Below are positions 44,600 to 59,409 of a DNA stretch of 64,000 nt, piece by piece. A program made the position numbers and the translations under genes. How positions within the stretch are numbered: position 1 is the first letter of the stretch; every line of letters begins with the position of its first letter. The stretch is from Eledone cirrhosa (taxonomy: Eukaryota): contig OZ024746.1 in assembly GCA_964016885.1 (NCBI GenBank), positions 72,230,001 to 72,294,000 on the forward strand, in the 5' to 3' direction. The notes beneath the pieces are model-generated. The model had not been told where the DNA came from. It saw nothing but the letters and a program-made list of their open reading frames with translations, and made no database searches.

Positions 44600-45672
44600 A
44601 TATTAGGTATAGTGTTGGCGAATTTCAGAAAGCATGGATGTTTTAAAGGATGCAGTGTCTCGGCAGCTAACAACTGATGCAGGTAGTTTGTTCCATGCTT
44701 CAGCAACTCTGAGCATGAAAAAATGTTTCAGAACATCATGGGAGCTGTGCTGATTTCTGACTTTGTAGGCATGCCCATGTGTGTTAGTCACATGGAAATC
44801 AAAAAGGTGCTCAGGGATGTTGTTGGCAAGATGGTTGATAATTTTGTGGGTGTTTACTAAGTCAGTTACCAGACATCGGAGCTTCAATGTATCCATGCCC
44901 AGGGAAGCAAGGCGCTCAGAGTATGGTAGATGCCTGATGGAGGGTATTCGCTTCGTTGCACGTCTCTGAACAGTTTCCAGGAGGTCAATGTTCTGAGCAA
45001 GATAAGGGTTCCAGATTGGTGATGCTATATACAGCTTTAAATAGATAGCTGGAGAGCGGCTGACAAAGGTCTTGCTGAGTGATGTTAAGACACCCTCAGC
45101 CTTCTTGACAATTTTAGAGATGTGCTTCGTCCACCGCAAATCACTGCTAACCATAATACCTAGGTCACGTTCACATGAAGACTTCTTGATATTAGTATTG
45201 TGGATGGAGTATGTGGACGATGGGCTTTTCCTCCCAAAATGCATGGTGGTACACTTGTCCACAGCCAGCTTCAGTTGCCAGTCCATGATACATTGCTGCA
45301 TTGTGTCCAGGTTTGATTGCAGGAACGTCTAGAGTGTTCAGAATCTGTCCTTTTTATCTCAAGGTACAGCTTGATGTCATCTGCATATTTCAGTACTATG
45401 GCATTCTTTAAGTTGGCATCTATGTCATTAATATATGCCACAAACAAAAGGGGACCAAGAACAGATCCCTGTGGTACACCAGATGACGTCTCATAAGGTG
45501 AGGAATGCTGTCCTAGAACCGTGACTACCTTTCTTTGACTGAGAATGAAGGATTTCAACCAGTTAAAAAGATCATCCTTCACACCCATTGCAGAGAGTTT
45601 TGTGTGGCACAGAATTAAAAGCTTTAGCAAAGTCAAGGTAAACAACATCCACTCAAGAGCCACAATCAGTGA
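44600..45672 (-). mobile_element. CR1-group LINE RT and 3' fragment
   Basis: SGVPQGSVLGPLLF, KYADDIKL, ERDLGI, VQRRATK. Confidence 0.9.
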
Positions 45673-45784
45673 TCCAGATTTTTTCCAGAGAAGGATAGAG
45701 AGAGAGAGAATTGAAGAAAGAAAGAGACACAGAGAAATGATCGACCCCAGTACTAGATTGGTATTTATTTTTATCGATTGCAGT

Positions 45785-45905
45785 AGCTGGGTGTGATGGA
45801 CTGGTGTCATTTACATGGGGTGTCTTGTATTCTCAGTCACTTAACGCCATGGAAATTGGGAAAAGCAGCGGCCTGATGAGCCTCTGAACTCAAGACAGAC
45901 TTTAA
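45785..45905 (+). mobile_element. Deu/Nin-core-like SINE fragment (related copy ~33750-33870)
   Basis: gtattctcagtcacttaac..ggcctgatgagcctct shared by two loci; family assignment from memory of the core. Confidence 0.5.
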
Positions 45906-45915
45906 ATGTTTCCAG

Positions 45916-46290
45916 TTATACAGATGGGGCACATTTAAAGAAGGGAGTAGGTTGGGAAGGTACTTAGTCTTTCGAAAATAATAATAGAGATAAGAAATTC
46001 AGATTGCCCAAGATTTTCACAATATTTGCTGCAGGTTGGTGGGGAATGATATTATCCAAAGAAATGACATGGGGAGAAGGTTTTTTATTTACTAATAGTT
46101 TGTGGAACATAGAAGTACTTCAATTAAGAAAAAAAAATCATGTTAGACATATTGAAACTTTTCTGCTTAGAATAGATAATTATCTTCCAGAAAATGATAA
46201 TAATACATAAACACCAATTATTTGGATACCAGGTCATACATATATTAGGGGAAATAGGAAAACAGATGAATTGGCAAAGGAGGGAACACA
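45916..46290 (+). mobile_element. Retroelement RNase H remnant (I-group-like LINE)
   Basis: YTDGAHLKKGVG ... WIPGHTYIRGNRKTDELAKEG. Confidence 0.75.
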
Positions 46291-47207
46291 AAGGGAAATA
46301 ATAAATAAAGATTATATCCCAAATCTATCGAAATTCAAGTTATTTAACAGCAATGTAATTATCTAAAGCTCTCAAATCTCAATCCTCCATTACCTCAGTC
46401 AGACCTGTCAATATTTAAAATATAGCAGACAGTGAACAATGTTAATAAACAAAGATTATGTTAGATTCGAACGGGTTGAACTATATTTTTTCCTGAACTG
46501 GTCATATGGAATCGCTTGTGTCCTTGTGGAGACTGACAAGAAATTCTTGTGTCCATGTGAAGACTACCAAGAAATTCTTTGGCACTATTTATTCTAATTT
46601 AGAAACTACCATTTTGAGAAAGGAAGAGAGAGAAAGAGGAGGGCATCTTGAAGTTGGTCTTTAAAAACTTTTAACTTTGGAGGTGAAACATATTGTCAAA
46701 AATCTACCAACTATATACAAATCTTTCAGTACATGTAGGCCACGAAAAGATTCAGCTTTCAGCTATACTATAGTTGCCATTGTTTTTTTGCCTTTTTTAT
46801 TTTGCTTCCTATTGTCATTCACTCTCAGTCTCCCTCTTCTTAACTGGAAGAGATACTAGATAGCTCCCATAGTTTGTCTTGGCTTACTAGGTTTATACGG
46901 ACGTTTAAATTGATTAAACATTTAAATAAATATTAATTTTTTAAAAATCATTTCAAGGGAGGTAACCACACTTATATATTATATCTAATATGAGGTTATT
47001 TCCCTTCAACAGTTTTTGTCAATATTAATTCTCTAATTATAGATTCTTTTTTTTTTTCTCCTTTCCTCATAATCTTTTAATTCATATTTTATAATTGTTT
47101 CTACTTTAGGCATCAGGCCAGCAATTACCCAGTGCATTACTGGTACTTTATTTTATCGACCCCGTAAGGATGAAAGGCAAAGTTAAGTTTTGAAGCAATA
47201 TGAGAAT

Positions 47208-49583
47208 TTTTTTTTTTTTTTTCGCTAGAAACAATAGTTTATAACTTTGCCTATTAATCCGTATGGTGAGCAAATGGGGTCCCACGTACAGGCCTCCCCA
47301 CAGCCCCGGTAGACAGGATGGAGAAGGCGTTTACCCGGAGGATGGTAAGGGAGATGTGCTGGAAGAGCCATTCCAACTCACGTGGCTCACACCTGCGGCT
47401 GGCCAGCTCAGCACCTATGGTGGTGAATAGGGAGGTAGCCCTAGGTCCAAGGACACCAGAAGTCTCCACTGCCAAGGGCACGACCGCAAACCTGTCGGAG
47501 AGTGACTGGTACTTGGAGAGTTTGGCCTCCTCAGCCCGACGTGCAGCAGTACCTGGGTTAGTCGGAGACTGCACCAGTTTGCGGCTGGAGAAAGTGTCGC
47601 TGCAAGTGGCATCCCAGACGAGGGGGTTTGCTACCGCGGAACGGAAGATGGTCATCCCCTCGATCCAGCCCCACCAGCTCGAACTGGAAGGGGAAGCCTG
47701 CAGCGTCCAAGCCATGGTTAATGACCTCGTTGAGGGCAGCATGGCGTGGAAGGCAGCTGGCACTGTGGCGGCAGGAAAGCGGGGTTTGGAGGCCGCGCGA
47801 AAACAGGCAAGGCGGTGCTGGTCGAGCTGGTGCGTGAACCTGTCTGAAGCCAGGCTGCACTGGACGGTATCCCATACGCTTTGGGGGAACTTGACGTCAG
47901 CAGAGGGAAAAGGAGGATGGACGTCTACCGGGCTAAGTCCTAGCCTATCCCACGTGTCACAGGCGACCTCACGTTCCCTGAACACAGAGGGTTCTATTGT
48001 GCTTTGGAGACCCCTGTCGACGAGGACGCGGCATGAGGTTACCGATGAAAGAAAGGCCGGCAAAGCCAGCCAGATCGGGGACCGTAGGCCAAGGCCGCCA
48101 TATCTGACAGGTAAAGTGGCCTGTTGCCATCCAATGTCGTCAAACCTGACGTTGCATATCTCGTCAGCTGCCGCTCAGATAGAAGTATCGAGGTCAGCGA
48201 GGAGAGATGCATGGCTATAGCACGGAACGCTGCGAAGGGTGTAGAAGAGCTTCGGCATGGCGAAGCAGTTCTGCAACAGGAAGAGAGCTGGGTGGCCGTC
48301 GATCAAGCCCCGTCGGATCGTGAGGGTCTGGAGTTGTTGGAACCTAGACCTGATGGTGGAGCGGATGGCCGGCGAGTGGATCGGTGACCCGAGGATGAGG
48401 AATTCCTCTTTGGGGGTCACCTGTACCTGGTGGAGATGGGACCACACGTCCAAGACGGAGGCTGCAAAGCTCTCAGCATCATAGCTGGCATTCACCACCT
48501 CCGATTTGGACAATTGACTTGGAGGCCGATTCCCGCCAGGGCAGAAACCACCAATTGAAGGTCATGGCAGATAGTCTCCACAGTCCCGCCCAGCGTAGCA
48601 TCATCCAGGTACCAAACGTTGAGAGGGGCAGTGATATTCCGGGCAAGCCCTGTTGGACCCCAGTGGCCGTGTTAGCAACAAGGAGCATGCTCGAGCCTCC
48701 ATATGACAAGTAGGCCAGCGGGTAGGCGGAGGGGGCTCGACTGAGGCAGGCATTGAGCAGATGGTCCCGGCGTATGCAGTTAAAGGCATTCTTCATGTCA
48801 AGCTTGACAATGAGGTGCCTGGAGTCCCTGGATGCCGGTTCCGGTGGGCAGCTATTGAAGAACTGCCTGGTTGCATGCGCGGCCCCCTCACAGCCACCGG
48901 ACTGAACTCCTCACCCAGTTCAGGTGTTATGGACCTGCAGACCACCTTAGCAGCCAGCCTCCGGAAGACATTGCCCACAGCGATGGGGCGTATGTCACCC
49001 TCTTTCTTCCTGAGAGCGGTCAGGCTAGCCGAAAAAAAGAGTGTGGGGATCTAGGGCGCCTATTGGTGAGTTCCACAATTGCACTCAGAAGGCGGCGCCC
49101 GGCCTCGGCGGAGAGAAGGGATAGAAACTCCTTGAGGTGGCCTGGTCGGAGACCATCAGCACCTCTGCTGCTGCTAGCTGGGAAGGACTTGATGGCAGAC
49201 ATGATGTCTGCGTCGGATGCCACAAGGAGCAGGTGGGGATCAGGTAGGGGTATGAGTCGGAGGTCAGCAGGTGGCTCAGGGTGCTTGAGTCGTAGATCAG
49301 CCAGGACCTCCTCGGTGGGTTGGAGGACAGTGTCCTCTGAGGCACCCACTCTGACTGAGGCCTTGATTCACCCATGATAAGTTTAGCGTTTACGCGGTCA
49401 CGCAAACGCTTGGCGCTGGCCTCTGAGGTGGAGGATTGGAGGCACCCAAGAGCAGGGTTTCTGGCGTTCTTCGGCACGCTTGGAATGGGCGCTTGCCCAA
49501 AGGACGTAACATTGACCTTGACTGTCGACAGGCCGCCTCGGTCAGCGCCAGAGCTGCGGAGGACGAGGGTGAGTGGGGCGAAA
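47208..49583 (-). mobile_element. CRE-clade non-LTR retrotransposon (RT plus restriction-like endonuclease), 5' truncated and frameshifted
   Basis: GADGLRPGHLK, IRPIAVGNVFRRLAAK, LDMKNAFN, GVQQG, WYLDD, LVWDATCSDT, VPLAVETSG; poly(A) at 47208-47222. Confidence 0.85.
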
Positions 49584-49824
49584 TAGAAAAAAAAATAATA
49601 ATTGTTTTTTACTTTTGACACAAGGCCAGCAATTATCCCAGTACATTACTGGTACTTTATTTTATCGACCCCGTAAGGATGAAAGGCAAAGTTAACCTCA
49701 GCGGGATTTGAACTCAGAATGGCAAGCGCCGTAACTCTATGCATCAAAGCATGACGTCCGACCCTCTACCGATACTGCCAATCCACCATTGATTTAACAC
49801 GTCATAAACTCTTCTCTTAGTAGC

Positions 49825-49863
<39 letters not shown>

Positions 49864-49949
49864 CGGTGTAGTAGGAGGAGGAATCAGTGGAGGAGTGTGT
49901 TGAATATGTCGTCTGCGCTTTTGGCGTATATTATTCCAAGGTCAGCGGT

Positions 49950-50965
49950 ACACTATATGGAAGGTATATATTAGGTTAACGCTTGATATAGCAGGAAGAG
50001 GGTCTTAACGTTTCGGACGCTAGTCCTTCATCAGAAGAAAGAATGAGAAATAAAATAGATTAAGGGGACGGGCGGGATGGAATTGGGAAAAATGTCTTTA
50101 GATAAAAATAACAGGTCCATTCATGTTGACATTTCTTGCAAAATTGGTGCTGCTGGCGTTTTGTGTATGATTTGTTTTTTAGAAAAGTGGATGATGGCAG
50201 GCGTCTACCTGAAATGGAAAAAAAAACGTTTTGTAAAAGGAGCTATACTTGAACAGCTGTGTAAGCATGAGTGTGTGTGTGAGTGTGTTATTATAGGTCC
50301 GTTCGAAACTAAGAAGAGATATGTGTGAATATGTGAGTAAAAGAATGTGTGTGCATATAAGTACGAATCTATGAGCAAAGAGAAAGCGATAGGAATCTAG
50401 GGGTGTGATAATGGACGGGGTATTAGAGAAATTGGCGAGGTGAGTTGAGTCCAAGAGGGAAATAGGACCCAAGACGGTGAATCAGACTTTGTTCAGTCCT
50501 GGTGCGCGAGGCCTGTGATCCATGATGTAAAAGGACACCCATGACTGAAACATGTAGGGAAGAATGACAAGGAAAACAGAAATGACGGGCGACAGGAGTA
50601 TCCAAACCGAATCGTATGTCACTCAAATGTTCGGCAAAACGGTCCGCCATACGGCGTCCCATTTGTCCGATATATAAAAACCCGCAAAGGGAACACCGGA
50701 GGGCAGAGACAACGTGGGTGGATGTGCAGGTGAAGGAATGGCGGATACGGAAAGACCCGTTAGGGCCTGTAAGAGTGGTGAGGGTGGAAATAAAGGGACA
50801 AGTGTTGCAGCGGGAACGGGAACAAAGATGAGAGCTGGGTGGTGTCGTGGGAGAGGATGAAAAAGAACTGCGAACCAAGGGGTCGCGGGGGTTTCGAGCG
50901 CGCTTAAAAGCAGTGGTTTTAATGGGTGGGTTTGGGAAAAAGCGAGAAGGATACGGAAGGAACGG
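49950..50965 (-). mobile_element. Penelope-like 3' end: GIY-YIG ORF fragment (50423-50878) plus pLTR
   Basis: RCNTCP..FTCTSTHVV..C..C..LYIGQMGRRMADRFAEH..PVARHF..PLGLN. Confidence 0.88.
50003..50038 (-). ncRNA. Minimal Penelope-type hammerhead ribozyme
   Basis: tctt-CTGATGA-a-ggac-tagc-gtcc-GAAA-CG-TT-aaga, ~390 nt downstream of the GIY-YIG stop. Confidence 0.82.
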
Positions 50966-50968
50966 AGG

Positions 50969-51663
<695 letters not shown>

Positions 51664-51977
51664 ACTCCTTTCCTGCTCTTTACTTCCACTACGGTTTTTT
51701 TACCTGCTGAATCCACGTTCTGTACTCTCGTATTCTCTTTCTCCCTTATCTCCCCTTATATTTAAACCTTTTCCTATGTCATTTATTTCCCCTTTTTCTC
51801 CCCTACTTTTTTTTTTAGATATTTATTTGTGTGTGTTGCGTATATGTGTGTATATGTATATATATATATATATAAGTATTGAAGTTTCCGTTGAAAATTG
51901 AAAAAGTCATAGGAGTGAAGAGTGCTCTATGTGAGTACCAGAGCAAAATTTAATGTATAATAAACAATACAATATAA

Positions 51978-52053
51978 TTACCTCATTACCAGAGGTTTCC
52001 CGAATAAGACGAATACGAAAAAAACGTCCTCATTCGTTCGTCGGACAAGGTAA
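51978..52053 (-). ncRNA. Hammerhead with one core substitution (CCGACGA)
   Basis: ttaccttgt-CCGACGA-cgaatgaggacg/cgtcttattcg-GAAA-cc-tct-gg-TA-atgaggtaa; downstream of the Penelope-like C-terminal remnant at 53336-53435 (TEIFTSCPHMKSHLL). Confidence 0.65.
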
Positions 52054-52767
52054 TATAAAACATAGTGAAATATTTGGAAAGTCTCCTCAAGAAATGCAAA
52101 AAATATATAAATAAAAGTAATGCAATAGATATATTAAAAAATATTTAAAAAATATATAAAAAATATAAGGAAATATAGTTAGGTATGTGTATATGTATGT
52201 ATATACACTCACAAATGTACATATGTGTGTATGTACAAATGCATGTGTATGGTGAAAATGTGTGCGTAAGTACATATATGAGGGCAAGTATATTTGTGTA
52301 TGTGTGACCACAAATACGGATATAATATGAGTTGAAAAAGAAAATGATAATATAGTTGACACGCATCCAGATACAGGTATTAAATACACATACGAGTATG
52401 AAAGCACGCGTATAAACACACACACGCGCGCGCGGTCACTTATATGCGGAAGATAAAGAGGGAAGGGGGTGTAATAGTGAAAAGAAGTGTCATTCTCGAT
52501 ATATGTATAAAAATGAAACAGTATATGAGAATGAAAAAAATGTTTAAATGAAAGAGAAAGTAATCAATTAACACCAGAGAAAAGAAAACAAACATAGGGA
52601 TGCACGTACATACACATATATCTATAAAAAACATATATCTATAAAGAAAATATTTATACACACAAATACGTACAGACAAAAGCGCATGCATGCGTACATA
52701 CATACACACGAGGCACGTATATATATATATCGCCCCATGTATATCTAATCACACGTACGTACGCGAC

Positions 52768-52799
<32 letters not shown>

Positions 52800-53434
52800 C
52801 ACACCCATACATACATATACATATATACACATATACACACACATTCACGTACATTCACCCGCTTACACACACACGTAAAAATAAGAATGTAAAAAACATA
52901 GATGTAAAAACATAGATATAAAAACACACATACACACACATATATATACACGTACGCACGCACACATACGGAGGCGCTCGTATACATATACAGAACGTAT
53001 ACACACATAAGCATACTCAGACACATAGATACATAGTATAAAGCAGCCTTATGAATAAATGAGTACAAATATAAAATCGGCTGCGAAACAACAGAATATA
53101 TCTGGTGTGGAAAACGCAAGTGACAAGTGAAATCAGGTTGTGAAAGAAAATGGGGAAGTAAAATGTGGAATGTGAAGATATTAAGTAAGTGAATTGAAGA
53201 GTAGGGGGGGGGGGGGGTTACTGGTGGATGTGAAGTAAAAATAAAAGTAAAATTAAAAATAAAGTTAAAAATGAAAGTAAATCAGAAAGAGAAGTCTGTA
53301 AAGAGAATAATTTAAGGAAAGTGAAGAATAAGAGTTTATGGAGGACAAGTATCTGAAAGTGAGTTAAGTTTATATGAGCTGGAAAGCAAGTGTGATTTCA
53401 TGTGTGGGCAACTAGTGAAAATTTCTGTTTTTGT

Positions 53435-53484
<50 letters not shown>

Positions 53485-53501
53485 CTCCATATATGTGTGT
53501 G

Positions 53502-53563
<62 letters not shown>

Positions 53564-54292
53564 GACACGTAATTTTAATGGTTTGACAAAAAAAGAGAAC
53601 GATAAAATAAACACTAGACTTGAAAATATATGTAAATACGTCGAAATGATCGGCTAAATCGATGGGATGCTACGGCATGGCCACAGTCTAATGGCTAAAA
53701 CCAATAAAGAAAGAAAGGATGTGTCATTCTAAAATATATAATGGATTGCGTTTCACAAAAAATATCTAGAGAGTTATTTCCCTTTCAAAGTAAATTAGCG
53801 ACGGGGGATAACTCATGTTCTTTTGCATGACTAAAAAGAATATGCTTGGCATATGGAACGTAGTATGATATTCAGAATGCAGCAATGGCAAATTGGTATA
53901 CGAACTTAAATGTATGTAAACATATATAAGCATTGCCACAAACAATTGGATTGGTATTTGCTATATTGCGGTTACGACTTCGATTTATAACTATTATATA
54001 TATATAGTGTTCAATCCCGCCGAGGTTAACTTTGCCTTTCATCCTTACGGGGTCGATAAAATAAAGTACCAGTTATACCCTGGGATAATTGCTGGCCTTG
54101 TGCCTAAAGTAGAAACAATTATATATATATAGTGTAGGTAGCACGATGAAATATTCTATGCACAGGCAGTGTATATAATAGAAAAAACGAGAGAATTTCG
54201 TTTACATATGAAAAATATTTATTGCGAAAGGCGCGTAACATGTCGATATGCCATAAATATTTTTCATATATAAACGAAACTTCCTCATTTTT

Positions 54293-54790
54293 TCTACTAT
54301 ATATAAAGTTGTATTCCTGTCTGTTTGTTTGTTCACGAACTCCTCCTATGGTTTTGGAGATAAATCCCCATAACCATATATATTCTGAAACTACATTGCC
54401 CAGGGTACTTGGATAAGTATATTTCATTTTAATCAAAGGGTTCCCCGAGGGCACAAACTCCCGCTGAAAAGTTTTTCCCTTCGATTTATATGAAATTTAA
54501 ACCATAGGTAAATGACAAGATATGATGACTATTCACAAAAGTTTTGAATTGATATTTTTAAAAAAATTATTTACAAGAAACAAAATTAGAATAAGATTTA
54601 ATAATGTAATTTTGATTTGATATATTACAAAAAATAATGTTTTCCAATTTTACATGCATCATAACATTTTACATTGAGTAATATTGAAATACAGAGTTTT
54701 TCTCCATAAATTATATCACTGATTTAAAATTAATCATCATTTTCTTACAAAAACATGTGTGAAACGCAGCAAGCGTGGATAATTCGGCTA

Positions 54791-54791
<1 letters not shown>
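54293..54791 (+). mobile_element. Non-autonomous Helitron
   Basis: 5' TCTACTATATATAAA; 3' hairpin acgc-agcaa-gcgt then CTAG|T at 54788-54791. Confidence 0.72.
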
Positions 54792-54838
<47 letters not shown>

Positions 54839-54974
54839 TAGTTAGGGACGCAGAAAATTGCTTATTGTAATCCAGTTCGTGGTTAAGATAGCCAGTTTCA
54901 TGGACGGTTTCAACGTACGGTTAGGGGTAACTCCACAAGTTTGTAAGAATCACGTTCAATCTTGGAGTATAGAG

Positions 54975-55449
54975 AATAAAAGAGAAAACACAGGTAAGCA
55001 TTAAAAAAAAGGATTTTATCCAGGTATTTACGACCGTTTCATTGGTAAGTGCAACCTTATATTGCTATACTGCAAGTAGCAGCCACTCAATAATAATAAT
55101 TGTTGTTCACCTCCAAATTTTCAAAATAATGAATAAGTTACTTTTAAAAAGTTCTTAATATATAAAAAAACATTTTTGGGGAATTGTATTTACTAGTATA
55201 GAGAGAGGGGAAGGGGGAGAAGAATTAGGAAGTAGAGGGACAAACGGAGTAGTATAGAGAGAGAGGAGAAGGGGGGGGAGAATTAGGAAGTAGAGTGACA
55301 AACGGAGGTGGAGGAAGGGGTAAGGTGGAAGGATTCCTCGATCAGTTTTGAAACGTAGACTTGATGACGTCAATTTACAGTGTAGGGAGTTAAAGAGAAT
55401 TAAATTGTTTATAGTGGGAGGGAGAGAGAGAGAGAGAGTGGGAGAGAGA

Positions 55450-55499
<50 letters not shown>

Positions 55500-57201
55500 A
55501 GAGATAGAGACATAAATATATATATAAATAAAAATAAGTTACTCAAACATTAAAATAAATTAAATAAATATATATATAAATAAAAAATAATAAATAAAAT
55601 AAATATATATATAAATAAAAAATAATAAATAAAATAAATATATATATAAATAAAAAATAATAAATAAAATAAATATATATATAAATAAAAAATAATAAAT
55701 AAAATAAATATATATATAAATAAAAAATAATAAATAAAATAAATATATATATAAATAAAAAATAATAAATAAAATAAATATATATACAAATAAAAAATAA
55801 TAAATAAAATAAATATATATACAAATAAACAATAATAAATAAAATAAATATATATACAAATAAAAAATAAATAAAATAAATATATATATAAATAAAAAAT
55901 AATAAATAAAATAAATATATATATAAATAAGAAATAATAAATAAAATAAATATATATATAAATAAAAAATAATAAATAAAATAAATATATATATATAAAT
56001 AAAAAATAATAAATAAAATAAATATATATATAAATAAAAAATAATAAATAAAATAAATATATATATAAATAAAAAATAATAAATAAAATAAATATATATA
56101 TAAATAAAAAATAATAAATAAAATAAATATATATACAAATAAAAAATAATAAATAAAATAAATATATATATAAATAAAAAATAATAAATAAAATAAATAT
56201 ATATATAAATAAGAAATAATAAATAAAATAAATATATATATAAATAAAAAATAATAAATAAAATAAATATATATATATAAATAAAAAATAATAAATAAAA
56301 TAAATATATATATAAATAAAAAATAATAAATAAAATAAATATATATATAAATAAAAAATAATAAATAAAATAAATATATATATAAATAAGAATAAGTTAC
56401 TCAACAATTATATCGAAAGATCAATTTATTGTAACCATAGACTCAAAGAAAATGTTCGCACTACAAGTGCAAATCGAACCCTTAACCTCTTACTACCACC
56501 TGACAAACTGCATATACTTAGACCTTCTACCCTCTTATTGAATCTAACCCCTTTAATTATCCACAATAACTAATACCTATGCCCCTCCCTCCTCCTTCAT
56601 TCCTTTTCTCTTTTTCGTTTTATTCTTTTCTTCTCTCCCTTTTTTGCTATCTTTTCTTTTCTTTTCTTTTTTCTTCACCCCCCCCCCCTTCTTTATTTTT
56701 ATTTATATATATATTTATGTCTCTCTCCCTCTCTCTCTCTCTATCTCTCTCTCTCTCCCTCCCTCCCACTATAAACAATTTAATTCTCTTTAACTCCCTA
56801 CACTGTAAATTGACGTCATCAAGTCTACGAATCAAAACTGATCGAGGAATCCTTCCACCTTTACCCCTCCCTCCATCTCCGTTTGTCACTCTACTTCCTA
56901 ATTCCCCCCCCCCTTCTCCTCTCTCTCTATACTACTCCGATTGTCCCTCTACTTCCTAATTCTTCTCCCCCTTCCTCTCTCTCTATACTAATAAATATAA
57001 TTCAAAAAAAATGTTTTTTTTTATATATTAAGAACTTTTTAAGAGTAACTTATTCATTATTTTGAAAATTTGGAGGTGAACAACAATTATTATTGAGTGG
57101 CTGCTATTTGCAGTATAGCAATATAAGGTTGCACTTACCAATGAAACGGTCGTAAATACCTGGATAAAATCCTTTTTTTAATGCTTACCTGTGTTTTCTT
57201 T

Positions 57202-57205
<4 letters not shown>
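54975..57205. mobile_element. Penelope-like 3' end with a ~550-bp inverted copy enclosing a minisatellite
   Basis: Arms ~54975-55537 / 56690-57205; 56391 onward encodes NKLLNNYIERSIYCNHRLK, like the LNxxxExxxxCxH C-termini of the other GIY-YIG ORFs here. Confidence 0.75.
55560..56390. repeat. 35-bp AT-only minisatellite (~24 units)
   Basis: Unit ATAAATAAAAAATAATAAATAAAATAAATATATAT. Confidence 0.9.
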
Positions 57206-57268
<63 letters not shown>

Positions 57269-58171
57269 GATGGATTCAGTTTAAAACTAGTTGGACCATA
57301 ACTCAACAGAGTACTCGATACTTGGGGTAGTAGTAGAGACTGGTTACTAGCTGTTGAAACGTCTTGTCTGAGAAGATCAGAAACATGCGCCATGCTACCT
57401 GTAAAAGAAGCTTCAAGTTTCCAAAGAATAAATTCGAGTGTTTATTAAAAATTAAATTAAAGGTCTGTTCAAATATATATATAAAATTAGGAGGAACTCA
57501 GGAGAGTCAACAGCCATCCAATAAAGTTTATTTTGTTGGTTTTTTTGTGGAGAGGGAGACTCCTAGTCTTCATAAAGACATCTCTCTGGGAGAAGGCTGC
57601 TCTGATATAAAATCTGCGACTTCGTTTGCATCCAATAATGTAGATCAGTTCTACTTTTGGGGCAAATGCATTCGATGTTCAGAGGAGTGGGACTGGCCGC
57701 GTGCAATGCCTTTCCTCACTTAAAAAAGCTTCAAGAACAGGCATTGCTTGATATGTGACATTTTTTGCGATGCATCGTATTGCTAGTCATAGGTAAGTCC
57801 CTAGCAGGACTAAAACCTCACGTCTGTGATGCTCATACTTAAGTATCAAGCGATGACATTACTCGAAATCAAGTTGCGACCATCCTATCCTGTATATGTA
57901 TGTATGTATGTTAGCAGTGAATTAGCAGAGGTGTTATAACGTGGGCCAAAGTACCTTGTGGTATTTTATCGCTGTGCCGAAATCAACTTTGCTTTTTATT
58001 ATTTCGGAGACGATAAAATAAAGTAAACGTTCTGCTAGTGGAATGGTGGAATTGTTATAGCTTCGGGCAAAATATCTAGGGCGTTATTTGTTCCCTCTCT
58101 TTGCGTTTTGAGTTCAAATCCTTCTGCGTTAGACTTAATCCGTCGTCCGGTTTAATACCACCAAATTTAAT

Positions 58172-58363
58172 TGTTTCTACTTTAGGCACAAGGCCAGCAA
58201 TTACCCAGTGCATTACTGGTACTTTATTTTATCGACCCCGTAAGGATGAAGGATGAAAGGTAAAGTCAACCTCGGCGAGATTTGAACTCAGATCGTAAAG
58301 GGACGTAACTATGCTGGAAAGCATGGCGTCCGACCCTCTACCGATACTGCCAATCCACCGCCC
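58172..58363 (-). mobile_element. Full-length SINE with a 20-bp TSD
   Basis: ttaataccaccaaatttaat at 58152-58171 and 58364-58383. Confidence 0.9.
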
Positions 58364-58619
58364 TTAATACCACCAAATTTAATGTGTTCCATTCAGCTGC
58401 ATGTAGTCAGGTACCAACCACCATCCTTCCCTCCCACCTTCCAGACATCGCCCCATGATTAAATGGTAAATATTAATTAAAAATAAAAACATATATACTT
58501 ATTACTATTTTTATTGTTTTTATTATTATTGATATTTTCATTAGTCTTGTTATTTTTGTTATTATTGTTGTTGTTGATTCTCTTGTTGCTGATATTGTTC
58601 TTATTGCTGTTGTCGTCGT

Positions 58620-58815
58620 TCAACTATCGGCATTATCCAGATTGTATCCTTCAATCTTCAGTTCTATCATACATTTCAAAATACCGGCGAAATGATTCCG
58701 TTTCCTTATGTATTCCTCGAGTGTTAGGGACACGTCCGAGTCGAGGATCACAGAACTGAAGATTCCACCCAAAATACCAGGACTCACTCGGTTATTGCAT
58801 TCGTTTTTACAAATT
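58620..58815 (-). CDS. Paralog gene B terminal coding exon
   Basis: tttcccag|ICKNECNNRVSPGILGGIFSSV..HFAGILKCMIELKIEGYNLDNADS*, phase-2 start; aligns with 19585-19774. Confidence 0.85.
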
Positions 58816-58853
58816 CTGGGAAAACCACCGGAGAAGGAAGAGAAAAAGTAAAG

Positions 58854-58938
<85 letters not shown>

Positions 58939-58979
58939 ATATACACATACATTATATATATATATATATATATATATAA

Positions 58980-59409
58980 GCAAAAGGGATATTCAATTTG
59001 TTGGTAATTCAACAAATATAAATGTTTATAACTGATTTAGAGCACTCGATAAGTTTTCTGGAGTATAATATTCAATGATATTAAATAAATGGAAACTATA
59101 TTTATAAAACCATATTTATTCTATTATATATATTTCAAGGGTACCAAAACTTTGGTACGCTTTCATCAGATAAAATACAAAGTTTGTTTTATAAATTTTG
59201 ACATAACCAAAAAAAGATACCTTAACGGTTAACAAGGAAAACTTGAACCGTTAAGTTGAACCGTTAAGTTCTTGGTTATGTCAAAATTTATAAAACAAAC
59301 TTTGTATTTTATCTGATGAAAGCGTACCAAAGTTTTGGTACCCTTGAAATATATATAATAGAATAAATATGGTTTTATAAATATAGTTTCCATTAATTTA
59401 ATATCATTG
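58980..59409 (-). mobile_element. Family A hammerhead element with a 138-bp palindrome
   Basis: Arms 59073-59210 / 59272-59409; tattttat-CTGATGA(59313)-aagcgtacca../tggtaccctt-GAAA-tatata-TA-atagaata, mirrored on -. Confidence 0.85.

Noticed and set aside
45868-45900. CTGATGAG as a hammerhead core
   Set aside because: No downstream GAAA or stems; it belongs to a SINE-like fragment
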